Of a stretch of DNA of 64,000 nt, positions 13,201 to 23,991 are shown piece by piece (positions within the stretch are counted from its first letter, which is position 1; every line of letters begins with the position of its first letter). A program made the position numbers and the translations under genes. Origin of the DNA: Octopus vulgaris (lineage: Eukaryota); contig OX597842.1 in the NCBI GenBank assembly GCA_951406725.2, positions 15,190,001-15,254,000 on the forward strand, given 5' to 3'. The notes under the pieces are model-generated. The model had not been told where the DNA came from and made no database searches. It was given only the letters and a program-made list of their open reading frames with translations.

Positions 13201-13458
13201 TTTCCTCATCTTTAGTTCGGATATCAGGTTCCTCCGGCGAATTCTCTCTCTTAGTGAGTATTCCTCGCGAAAACCCATATTGGGGTCCTCCCAGGCATGC
13301 GTCTGAGCTCTGTTCAGAAAGACTGAAGCCTCCCGATCAGAAGAAAAGATTACCCTTATTGGGCGTGGTCTAGTATCTGCGGTTGGGTTCGCTTGGAATC
13401 TTCCTAGCCGAGCGACCTTAAGAACACTGACATTTTCGTTCACAAAGAACAATTCTGC
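10270..13458 (-). mobile_element. Young, 5'-truncated CR1-group LINE (ORF1 C-terminus, APE, RT) with (AACT)n tail
   Basis: 860-aa ORF with ITETWL, DFN, LDL and SDH endonuclease motifs and YRPVSL, QHGF, DFAKAFD, PQGSVLGP, FADD RT motifs. The C-terminus continues in another frame (10364-10945, LERVQRLATR, RRRRGDLI, WNKLP). Tandem tail at 10270-10299. Confidence 0.95.
10364..13452 (-). pseudogene. LINE endonuclease/reverse transcriptase reading frame, broken once near 10945
   Basis: Frame change at ...GSTPATP|ILVDSSFSPS, where the expected KDLGV segment is missing; GDFN mutated to DDFN. Confidence 0.85.
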
Positions 13459-13970
13459 AAAATGGAAACAAAATTAATGTCATCTTTTAGGCGGTTTATG
13501 CCTGTATCACAGGTGGATTCAGCTTTGCCATATATTATTGCTGATCTTGAGTGGGCAAAGAGTTCTCTACTTGTCTATGCGTGTCTGCATGTGTGGATGG
13601 ATGGATGGATGGATGGACGGATAGATATATGGACAGATGGATGGTTATCTTTATTTCTAATAGAGCCACAACCCTCTCTGTCTTGGAGTAGTGACAAAGA
13701 TGATTATACTGACATCAGGAGTTAACAAGGTACTAGTAGCAGTCATACTAAAGCAAAGGAATTATGTCTTTATACACTGATATCCATCATCGGTAGATGA
13801 AGGTTTGTTTTGTCAATCAATTTTATATAATGATGGAATTTAGATTTCCGTGATTAGGACAAGAACATTTCCATGGAAACAAGTTAGATTTCCTTGTAAG
13901 TAAAAAAATTCTGGTGAGTGTCGTTTAAACTAATTATATATTGTAATATCTTTTAAAAATCCTATTTCAG

Positions 13971-14128
13971 CTTCGAAAAGAATAGCGAAGTATTTACTAT
14001 TACTTGCATAGTACTACGTACAACTACTAAAGACCAAATTTTTACACAAGTTTTCGAAGCTTTTAAGACATCACAGACTTTGCGTGATTTGGGATTGCAA
14101 CAACGGAACATGGAGTTAATTGATGAAA
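13971..14128 (+). CDS. aGPCR exon: end of SEA-like domain
   Basis: tatttcag acceptor, A|gtaagt donor; FEKNSEVFTITCIVLRTTTKDQIFTQVFEAFKTSQTLRDLGLQQRNMELIDE; phase 2 to 1. Confidence 0.82.
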
Positions 14129-14579
14129 GTAAGTAGAGTGTTTCATGTCATTTCTATCCTCATGACAATCAACATTGGTGTTATCATCACCATCATTATG
14201 TTGGTTGTCGTCGTCGCGATCATCAGCATCATCGTAAATAGGTTATGCTATTCCACGTACACGCGCGCTCGCACGCACATACACACACTCACACACACAC
14301 ACACAATACATACACATACACACACACATCTGTTTTTTTACCTTTTTCAAATCGAAATAACTTTCGGTAAATCAACAATTTATTTTGCAATTCTCTTCGT
14401 TGAAATCCCTGCTTCTCACCACTCCCAGCTGTTTCTTTTTCTAATTTTGTTTTAATTACACAAATTAGTTCAGGCCATAAACGTTGTCTATTTATTCTGT
14501 ATACGTCTCAATCTGATGGAGTCAAGGTGACTGAGACGTACAAATAGGCTTCGCTTAGCTGAAAAATTTTCACAATTCG

Positions 14580-15950
14580 GGTGTTTCATGAATTCAAAAA
14601 GTGAAACTTTTAGATGCTACCCTTCTGAGTACCAAATCATTTGGTAATGTGGAAATGTCAATTTTGAACTAGAAAGTATAACTTACAGGATTAACCCATA
14701 GCAAACAAGAACCGAAGAAAAACACCCATTCTACTCACGTCCGAGTATAAATCTTTTTTTTGCTATATTTAATTTCACTTCTTTTCACCATTAATACATC
14801 TAACTTTACACGAATTAACAGCCGACACCTCATTTTCAGTTTAGATTCAAAATATTAGAAATAATGAATACAGCTTTAACTATATGAATTTTTTATTGAA
14901 ATGTCGTGGAAAGATTGAATTTGCGGTGTAAGTGCAATGACGGTTTAGGAGGAAAATTCAAACAAGTTCACTTCTGCGACTTACTCAATTTAGAAATAAA
15001 TTTGAAGCAGACGGAATTGTACAGAAAATTCACAAAAAAACTTTTCGGAAGCCCATGGACATCGTTGAACCTCACAAAGCAATAAAGTGTACTAGAAATG
15101 TATTGCCCTAGTTGAATGAATTCTGTGCGGCAAACGAGACGCGAAATCGGAATTTCAAAATGATACCAACGCATTTTCACGTGTTATTACTGGAAAATCT
15201 ACATTCCAAGAAGAGTCTATGATTGAAAGGAAGATGCTCTGGACCAAAAGATTGGTTTTGAGCAAAAATTTATTAAAGGTGCTTATTTTCCAACTAAGAT
15301 TGTTTGAAATGATGCCGTTATATTTAAATGAAATCGTTCTATGTAATCGCTACTATGGTATCCACTTGGGACCTGTGAATCTTAATATTAATGAGCAACA
15401 TCCAATTAATCTATTAGAAGTTACAGTTTGGAACGTCGTATCAAAATTGATTAATAAGAGTATTTGTTGTTGATGGCACTGTAACTGGCCCCATTTACTT
15501 GAATTTGATGCGACAATCTGTCATGTTAAGCATTGAAGAGGAATTTGAAGAGGTGGAATATTTTTTCCAGCAAGCTGTGACGTCCCAAAATTATCAAAAT
15601 AATTTAATGACTTACGTTGATGAGATTTTCCCAAACAAATATTTGGAACAAGAAGTTTCGGCAGAATACAGCCTGCATTCAGCTCATCTCACATCCCTGG
15701 ACTTCATTTTATGGGGACACATAAAAGATAAGGTTTTACAGTACAAAACCAGCAACAGTCGAATATTTGAAGGTAGTCATTGAACGAAAGTGCGCAGAAA
15801 TATCTGGTATTTCATGAGGCTTGAAATTGCATTACTTCACGTTATAAGCGGAGCGAGGACTGAACGACTATCAGATTGGAAACGTTAATAAAATAATAAT
15901 ATTCTGAAAATGAAATGTATTTCAATAAACATTTCATAAGTATTCGATGA
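14580..15950 (+). mobile_element. Decayed Tc1/mariner-superfamily transposon (DUF4817/Tc3-like)
   Basis: EYFFQQA...[17 protein letters not shown] resembles FQQDGA...SPDLTPLDFFLWG.LK.KV; many stops; boundaries approximate. Confidence 0.6.
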
Positions 15951-15954
15951 ACAT

Positions 15955-16550
15955 TCCAATCCCAACATTCCTAAACATCCCATCCTAACCCACCGCACCC
16001 CTTAGACCCAACCCATGCTTCCCGTACCCCCAACACCACCACATCACACACCACACCACACCACCACATCACACACCACCACACCACACACCACCACACC
16101 CAACACTACCTCACCACACCACACCAACAAACCACACCACATCACACCACTCCGCGCACACTAGCACTTCTCAGCACCTACACCATCATCCACACACCTG
16201 CACATGCACACACGCACACTTCAAGATCGCCAGTCCCTTTCCACACGCACATACACACTCTCTATACGCACGCGGTCCTTCCTTTTAGCATCACCACTAC
16301 TTTAATATCTCCCCTTCTTCCTAGCTCTCGTGTGTAACCCTTTTGTCCGGCATTCGGCATGATAGATAGATAGCCACTAAACCTTTATCTGTTTTCTTTC
16401 CTTGTTTATGTCTGTGTTCCTTTCTGACGAAGAGCGTAGGCTCGAAACGTAAAAGACTTTTTTCTATTCCTGAGCGTTAAACTAATACATCTGTTTGTTG
16501 TTTACACACACGTCTTCGTCATTTGTTTTTGTTTAATTCTCACTACAGAT
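15955..16550 (+). mobile_element. Penelope-like 3' end: (CACCA)n-rich tract, hammerhead, (TA)n
   Basis: C/A-rich low-complexity tract followed by the hammerhead motif at 16420 and a tail shared with 8811-8949. Confidence 0.55.
16420..16455 (+). ncRNA. Minimal hammerhead motif lacking helix III
   Basis: cuuu-CUGACGA-a-gagc(guag)gcuc-GAAAC-GUA-aaag. Confidence 0.65.
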
Positions 16551-16688
16551 ATATATATATATATATATATATATACCGGAGTAAACACATAACTGTGAAA
16601 CAAGGTGGAAAAAGAGTACTCAACGAGTACTCGAACATGAAACTCCGAGTAAGAGGTTTTGTTGAATTTCTGCTGCTTATAAATAAAG

Positions 16689-16714
<26 letters not shown>

Positions 16715-16720
<6 letters not shown>

Positions 16721-18915
16721 TCAACTCAAAGAGGCGAGTCTGGTCCTATGCTCGGGTCAAGGCATAGAACGCATCCCCCAATATCAGCAGTGGGGCCCTA
16801 CCGCATATGCTCTTTTAACCCCGTCGCATCATGCTGGTTCCAAACCTCTTTGAGCAACAACAAATTCACTCATCCGCCTGCAAACAATCTCAAAGCTGTC
16901 CTATCATTTACAAACTTTCTTGTCTCTCTCACTCCATCATTGTTAACTACCAAAAGCTTTCCTTACCCCATCCATCCATCCATTCACCCGTCCATCCATC
17001 CACACAAAATGAGGTCTGCCTCTGATTCTGCTCCTTACCAATTCTGCTTTCATCACCCACCTTGCCATCCGTTCCTTATCCATCCTCTCCATATTGCCAA
17101 ACCAACTCAGCATTCATCTATCCATGTTGCATGTTATCTATGGTAGATCTTCTTCTCTCATTCATCCTCGCCTTCGCAGCCCGTCCTTCCTCATTCAGTC
17201 CATCTCCGTCACACCAACCATAGCCCTCAAACATTTCATCTCAAACACATCAAGTCGCCTCCTTTCCGCCACTCTTAGCCTCCACGTCTCTGCACCATAT
17301 AATATTATCGGCACCATCTCACCCTCATAACACCTGTTTTCGCTTTTATCTCTCAACATACCTTTACCAATTCCAAGTATCTTACTGTCATATCTCACTC
17401 TATATCCCACTTCATCAACCAAACCCGCATCCGTCGTCACATGTGATCCCAGATACTTAAAAAACACTCATATCCTCTAACACCTCACCATTTATACTCA
17501 CATCCATCCTACCAGCCATTCCATCTCACGAACATCTCATCACCTTACTCTTAGCTTCAGTTTCTTCCTCTCACATACTCCTTTAAACTCCCAGTTGCTC
17601 TTCCGAATCCGCCGCCAGTGCTGTATCAATAGCAAATAACAACAGACTTACATGCCGTTTCTCTCCATCTTCCCCCGCCATTTTGGGCCCCCTACCAAAT
17701 GTACTAACATTCGCCTCTCTCACCACACCATCAATATGTAGATTAAACTGACATGGAGTCATCACATAACCCTGTCTTAAGCCTGCCCTCACACAAAACC
17801 ACTCACTTACTACACCACCCACTCTAACACATGTCATAATTTCTCTATAAAATCTCTGCACAACTCTCAACGATCTGTCATCTACTCCATACAACCGCAA
17901 CACCTGTCACATTGCATCCCTATTCACACGGTCACATGCCTTTTCTAGGACCATAAAGGCCCAATACACATCCCTCCCTTTTGCCAAAAACTTCTCATTC
18001 ATCTGCATTACAAAGAAAATTTGAATTGCACACCCCCTTCCACTCCTAAAACCGCACTGCTCCTCGCCTAATACGTTCTTTGTCTGGTTTCTTATCCTTT
18101 CAATTTGAATTCTCTCATACAGTTTACCAGTCACACAATAGACTTTTACCCTTAAAATTTCCACACTCACATTTATGCCCTTTCCTCTTGTACAGTGACA
18201 CTATACAAGCACTGAACTAGTTCAGCCATATAACAAACATTCATAGGCCTCACTAACCATTAAATCACTGTCACTCCTCTTTTCGTTAAGGATTGCACTG
18301 TACAACCATCTATACCTGACGCCTTCCGCTTAGCGATCTTCCTCAAGGATTCTGTCACCTCCTCCCTTCGAATTAAATTGTAGTTTCATTTTCCAACAAC
18401 AGGCATTCTTCTCTCTCCTCCTACAGCCACTATACTTGCCACCCTATCATCCTCCAGATTTAACAACTCACTAAAATACTCTGTCCATCTCCTTTGTACA
18501 TCCGGATTTCTTTTCAACAAATTCCCTTTTACATCCTTCACACATTATTCCCTTTCTCCAACCACCTTTCTTACTCTCTCTACTTCTTTCCAAAACATCT
18601 TTTTAGTTCTTACAAAATGTTTACACAACTTTTTATCCTGAACCTCTCATTTGCTTCCCATTTCGCCATCTCATCACCCTCTTGACTCTATTCTTGACTT
18701 CTCTGTAGCGATGCTAAGCTTCTCCTTCCCTTTTCTGCAACCACTCTTCAAAGGCCCATTTCTTACCTGCCACCGCGTCCATTACCTGCTCATTCCACTA
18801 CTCACTACATTTCCTCACACCCATTCCAACCACTCGTGTACCACATACCTTAGAGACACATCTCATTACTGCCTGTCTAAAGGCCACCTATTCCTCCTCC
18901 TCTACATCTCCTGCG
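16715..18915 (-). mobile_element. Decayed RTE-clade LINE (RT region and 3' end)
   Basis: Fragmented frames: EEQCGFRSGRGC, AFMVLEKACDRV, GLRQGYVMTP, LLFAIDT, FKYLGS, LYGAETW, FEMKCLR. Confidence 0.9.
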
Positions 18916-19620
18916 ACTCGAAGTGGACCGGTGGAACGTAGCCGCCGTATTCCCAGTGGGTCGTAAGAAGCCACTAAAAGGGGCGGGAGCGAGGAAACTA
19001 GGAATCCACTCCTACAAATTTTTACTCCCTAGAAAGACAACATGTCGAATATATGTATTTAGTTATGGTATATTCCTTTAAAAACGTGGTAGAGTACAGC
19101 ATAAAACTCTTCCATCTTCAGAATTATCCTGTGTTATCCGGTAAAAGTATCATACGTACTTCCTGGTTTATATTTGGACATTCATCGTGGGTGACTACAA
19201 AAATGAAGAATTTGAAGCCACAAGGAGGAGTAATCGCTACAACGTTTCCACGCAATGGAGTCCTCCAAGAATAGAGATGATTCATTATGCAACTGTTTCT
19301 TTGCACAATGAGATCTAGTTGTGTTTCCTCAGGTGACATGTAAGTGTTGTCACTGTTGCTTTAAAATTAACGGCTTCAAGGTGATCTCCCCTGTCTGTCG
19401 TGGTTTGAATTTACTAGTAGTTGATTTTCTCATGACATTTGCTTTCCTGGACTGTTTTGAATTGTAGTAAGATTTGAATGAACTTGGCATATCATTTGGG
19501 TACATCGTTGATTAGTTTCATACGCGTTTATCCAGTATATGCATGCATTTTGCAGTATATAAAACACGGCAATGAATTCTGTAATAAATATTTCATATAC
19601 ATGTTTTATTTGTTTTCCAG

Positions 19621-19735
19621 TGTTTTGTGATGAAATCACTACAGCAACTAGCAATGGCACTTTCCATTGGCCAATGACAAAAGTAGGAACTAGTGTGACG
19701 ATCCCATGCCATGCAAATGTAGCAACGAGATACTG
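19621..19735 (+). CDS. aGPCR exon: hormone-binding (HRM) domain, first half
   Basis: ttttccag acceptor; FCDEITTATSNGTFHWPMTKVGTSVTIPCHANVATRYC fits the C..WP.T..G....PC....A.R.C pattern; phase 1 to 2. Confidence 0.92.
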
Positions 19736-20299
19736 GTTCGTTTCTATTGTTTTATTTCATTTCAAATTTTGAAGTTTTCTTATTGTGAGAGAATGTTTCA
19801 TGACATAGTAAACAAAACACCCAGAGAGATTAAGATGATTAAATTAATTAATGTCCGTCTGTTGAAATTATTCAATTCTGCTATTTTACATTTTGTACAG
19901 GATATCACATGGTTTTGCCTTGGTCTCATCACTGAGATTTCTTTTTTTTTTTTGCTGATGTTAGACGAAGCTTTAAAACGTTTGTTGTTACGATTTCTGT
20001 AAATGCCAGAATGTCACAAAATATATGTAGGGACGAAAACACATATGTAAACTCAGCCAACAATATTTATCCTCATTTCTATTGATTTCGGGGTAATATC
20101 CTTTTCATACGAATTTATGATTTACTCTAGAGCATACGTTTTGTTACTGTATTGTGGTGAACGAAGAAAGCAGGGAGTTGACTCATCATGGTGACTCTTC
20201 TTTCATTTCCACTACACAATTCCGTAAGTTGTGCATCTAAACTGTTACTTTCAAGAACCGGGTTTCACACGAGAATCAGCTGAAAAGCTCATAGAGTGA

Positions 20300-20815
20300 C
20301 CAAGATACTCTCATGGAATTTGACAAAATGTGATATAATTTTTTGTCAACATAGTTTCTCTAGCATTCTACATACTTCTTCAATCAGTGTTCCAATTCTT
20401 GAATCCTATTGGTGAAGAAGCTTTCATCTTGTTGGTGAAAAATCTTCAACAGTAGATATGGGGATGCTGATGATAGCTAAAAGGTGCCAGACCAGGAAAA
20501 TAGGGAGGTTGATCAACTAGTTGAGTCATAATTATGCACAGAAGCCATTGAAACGAATGCCTTGTATGCTGGAGCATTGTCCTCATGAAACAAAACCCCT
20601 TTCGTCGGGTTTCTGGGCTTTTGTGACTCCGTTAATAACACAATGCCTTTTACATCCCCTAACATTGAAGCCATCACATCCCTAGCAGATGAAACGACGT
20701 TGACCTTCATTGGAGCAGGTGAGGAGCGATTTTTCCAATGAATGGATTGTCTCTGGGTCAAAGTGTTGAAGTCACCACTCATCCTGGCTTCAGAAATGCT
20801 CAAAGAAACCAATTT
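20300..20815 (-). mobile_element. mariner transposase 3' half (decayed)
   Basis: QSIHWKNRSSPAPMK...VMASMLGDVKGIV...KGVLFHEDNAPAY. Confidence 0.75.
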
Positions 20816-20827
20816 GATATATGTCAT

Positions 20828-21190
20828 ACTAGCAGACATACCCGGCGTTGCTCGGGGTTTAAATGGCATAGTTTGTATATATGATACAGTTAAGGTGAAA
20901 CATATGATAAGGGGAAATGGCGACAAAATACTTATGGAGTAACTAAAAGGATAAATTAAGCCTGGGGTGCACATTCAATAGCAAAAATGACGTGTCAGTG
21001 GAGGTATGAAGAAGGCACTTGAAAATAACACTGTCATGCGATGTTTCGGTTAGGAATCAATAGTTGTGGCTCAACCGTTCACTCCTGTGTGTAAAACCAT
21101 TGTGCGACAATTGTGAAGACTACACAGCTCCCAAACGAAAACAATTCGGCGTGCAGCTTCGAGATACACAATGTCACATTATAGACACGA
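20828..21190 (+). mobile_element. Helitron-like non-autonomous element (candidate)
   Basis: Starts ACTAGCAGACATACCCGGCGTTGCTCGGG, an ACTAG start with a sub-terminal GC hairpin; 3' boundary uncertain. Confidence 0.4.
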
Positions 21191-21746
21191 TCTCTAATTA
21201 ACGAGGTTGGGTCTTAGACACCATAAATTAGTAGATTAATTGTACACGCCATATTTCAGTCTGTAATCAATAACTGAAGAACATCTGTTTGGCTTTATCT
21301 ATGCTTAGAAGGAAGACTAATATGGAAGTTAAAAGGAAATAGTTGAATATTTGTTCAGGATGCAACATAATTTAGCATATCTTTCATTATAAACGTAGTG
21401 CGTTGCAAACGGTTTTTATTCAAACAAATTGCTACCTAGGGTACTACGGGAACAGGCTAATATTGCTACCACTTAGACAACGCAGTTTGGAGTCTACATC
21501 GCTCCATCCATATGATACAACCTACTTATATCATTTCAGCAGTTGTCTTTTCCAGTTTGAACAGGAGTAATTCAGGAAGCCGTACGTACTCCAGGAAAGA
21601 AGGTTTTCTGACCCCAGGAATCACATTCTTTATTAGGTTAAAACTTTTAAGAGTCTAACAACATGTCTGAAACATACATAATGTATGTTCCCGGTACAAA
21701 CACACACACTCACACACACACACACACACACACACACATCTTCGGT

Positions 21747-21788
<42 letters not shown>

Positions 21789-22099
21789 GAGTATACGAAA
21801 CAGGGACAACTAAAGAAGGGGGCTATTCCTTGTGTTGTATGTCTTGTTTCTTTGTCGTTTGAAAAAAGTTCGTTTTCTATGTTTTTGTTTTTGTTTCCGT
21901 TTTTCATTGTGTCCAACGTTTTTTGATGTCCTGTACCTATATATGCATGTATATATACATATAGATGTAGGTATGTACATATATGTATGTATATAGAAGT
22001 ATTAAAATTACTAAGTCTCTCTAAAAGAGACAGCTTTTTTCTTATTTTTATAAGAATGCCATATTAGTATGGCGATAACTATTATTTTGTATGTATATA

Positions 22100-22169
<70 letters not shown>

Positions 22170-22230
22170 TATATTATATTATATTATATTATATTATTTC
22201 ATGATCAAACGCCACGCATCCTGTTCCAAG

Positions 22231-22284
<54 letters not shown>

Positions 22285-22290
<6 letters not shown>

Positions 22291-22880
22291 CAGATAGTGT
22301 CAGATTTTCCCGAGACGTGATCATCCGGTTCGCTTTTATTCAGGCGTCAGAAGACGTGGCTCGCAACGAGCTGAAGAAACATTTGTCATACCGAATTCAT
22401 TCTGCAGAACATCCTCAACTCTCTCACGGGATATATTCTAATAGTATTGGCTATTTGATTTATTGTCAGTCGCCTGTCATTTAATACCATATGGTGAATA
22501 CGACCAATATCTTCCTTGGTGGTTGTAGTGGTTGGATGTCAAGACCTTGGGTCATCTTCCCCTCATAAATTCCTCAGCCCATTTTTGCGCCGTCGATCAA
22601 GCTGGAGCTTTATCTCCTAATGTAGTAATCATGTCAGCTTAAATGTCCTTGGAAGGTAAACCCTTTTTTCTGCAGGGTTTTGATAACGCCACGATGCCAA
22701 ATTTTATCCATTTTAAAGAGAAGTCGCTTTTGAAGTATTCGTTGAGCAGTCAGATGTCAGTTTACATGGAATCAATGGATTCATTAATATGTAGAGTTGA
22801 AACTAATGAATGCAAGATTTAGCATCACTCCTTCAGTTAACCTGTAAACATTTCAACCCACCCACGTAAGTTTTAATACT
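22285..22880 (-). mobile_element. mariner transposase 5' half (decayed)
   Basis: Minus strand reads MDKIWHRGVIKTLQKKG..KDI*ADMITTLGDKAPA*STAQKWAEEFMRGR...DRRLTINQIA. Confidence 0.8.
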
Positions 22881-23397
22881 AAGTCGAGAGGTGGAATTAG
22901 TCAAATCAATGCATATATAAGAAAATATAGGTAAACTTACTACTGGTGCTGCTGCACATGACGACGACGACGACGACAACATAGACTGTGATGTTAATCA
23001 GGAGGTGGTGGTGAGGAATATGACACCGACGAAATGTAAATAGGTGATTTTCCTGCTCACCAACTAACAGCCTTGTGCCTTTAGATTCCATCAACCAGGC
23101 CATTTCAACCTATCCTGTAGTGAATAGACGTAACAACAAAATATAATAAATAAAAGCAGATGTAGAAAAGTAATCTTTCTCAAATTCTTAACGAGTAAGA
23201 CGGTATTTTAGATCGGTTTTGAGGACAGGGAGGTAGAATGGATGACAGATTACTAGCCAAACATATCGCTGTATTTATCCTTCTTCCACTAGGCTATAGG
23301 TTCAAATCCCGATCAAGTCCATGTTTCTCTCACATCCTTCTTATATTGATGCAATAAAAGTGCATAAACACATCTGATAATATTTTATATGCTTCAG

Positions 23398-23567
23398 TTC
23401 TTCCGGAAAGATGGAATATTCCGAAACGCCAACAAGTCATTATGTGAAATCACCAAAATGTTCACCATTCACTGGTGTCTGGAAAGAACCAGACATGTCT
23501 CAGTGTTACAATACAGAGGGGATCACTCAACAACTAAAGAACATCGCAAGTGAAGACATCGATAAAG
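23398..23567 (+). CDS. aGPCR exon: HRM second half
   Basis: cttcag acceptor, G|gtgagc donor; contains GVWKEPDMSQC (W..PD.S.C); phase 2 to 1. Confidence 0.92.
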
Positions 23568-23631
23568 GTGAGCGTTTCGAAATACACTTACAGTAGTATT
23601 AGTAGTGACATACGTGAGTTTCCATTACGAC

Positions 23632-23678
<47 letters not shown>

Positions 23679-23679
23679 G

Positions 23680-23920
23680 AAGGGATCTGACTTCTCATCG
23701 ACAACCATGATTGTCTCACGCTGATGAAAGGTAAACACCTTGAAACTCGGGTACGTGTGTATCATGTGTTGAAGACGGGGAGGATGACTCCCCTTCACAA
23801 AAACTGACAGGACACAGATAGTGTGTCTATAGCCAGCTGGAGGAGGCATCTTCCTGGGGCTACAAACTACAGTAGCATCCACCCTTATGGGTTAGCCATA
23901 TTCAAATGGCATATATGCAT
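23680..23920 (+). mobile_element. Penelope-like pseudo-LTR between (TA)n tracts; related copy at about 48600-48760
   Basis: Shares tagccagctgg..gagg.atc.tcctgggg...gtagcatccacccttaa/t..gttagcca with 48660-48750; contains a hammerhead motif. Confidence 0.65.
23702..23771 (+). ncRNA. Type I hammerhead ribozyme with intact core
   Basis: cacg-CUGAUGA(23721-27)-aagg(uaaaca)ccuu-GAAAC-ucgg-GUA(23751-53)-cgug; stem I extends through an internal loop (caugau/aucaug). Confidence 0.85.
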
Positions 23921-23922
23921 CA

Positions 23923-23991
<69 letters not shown>

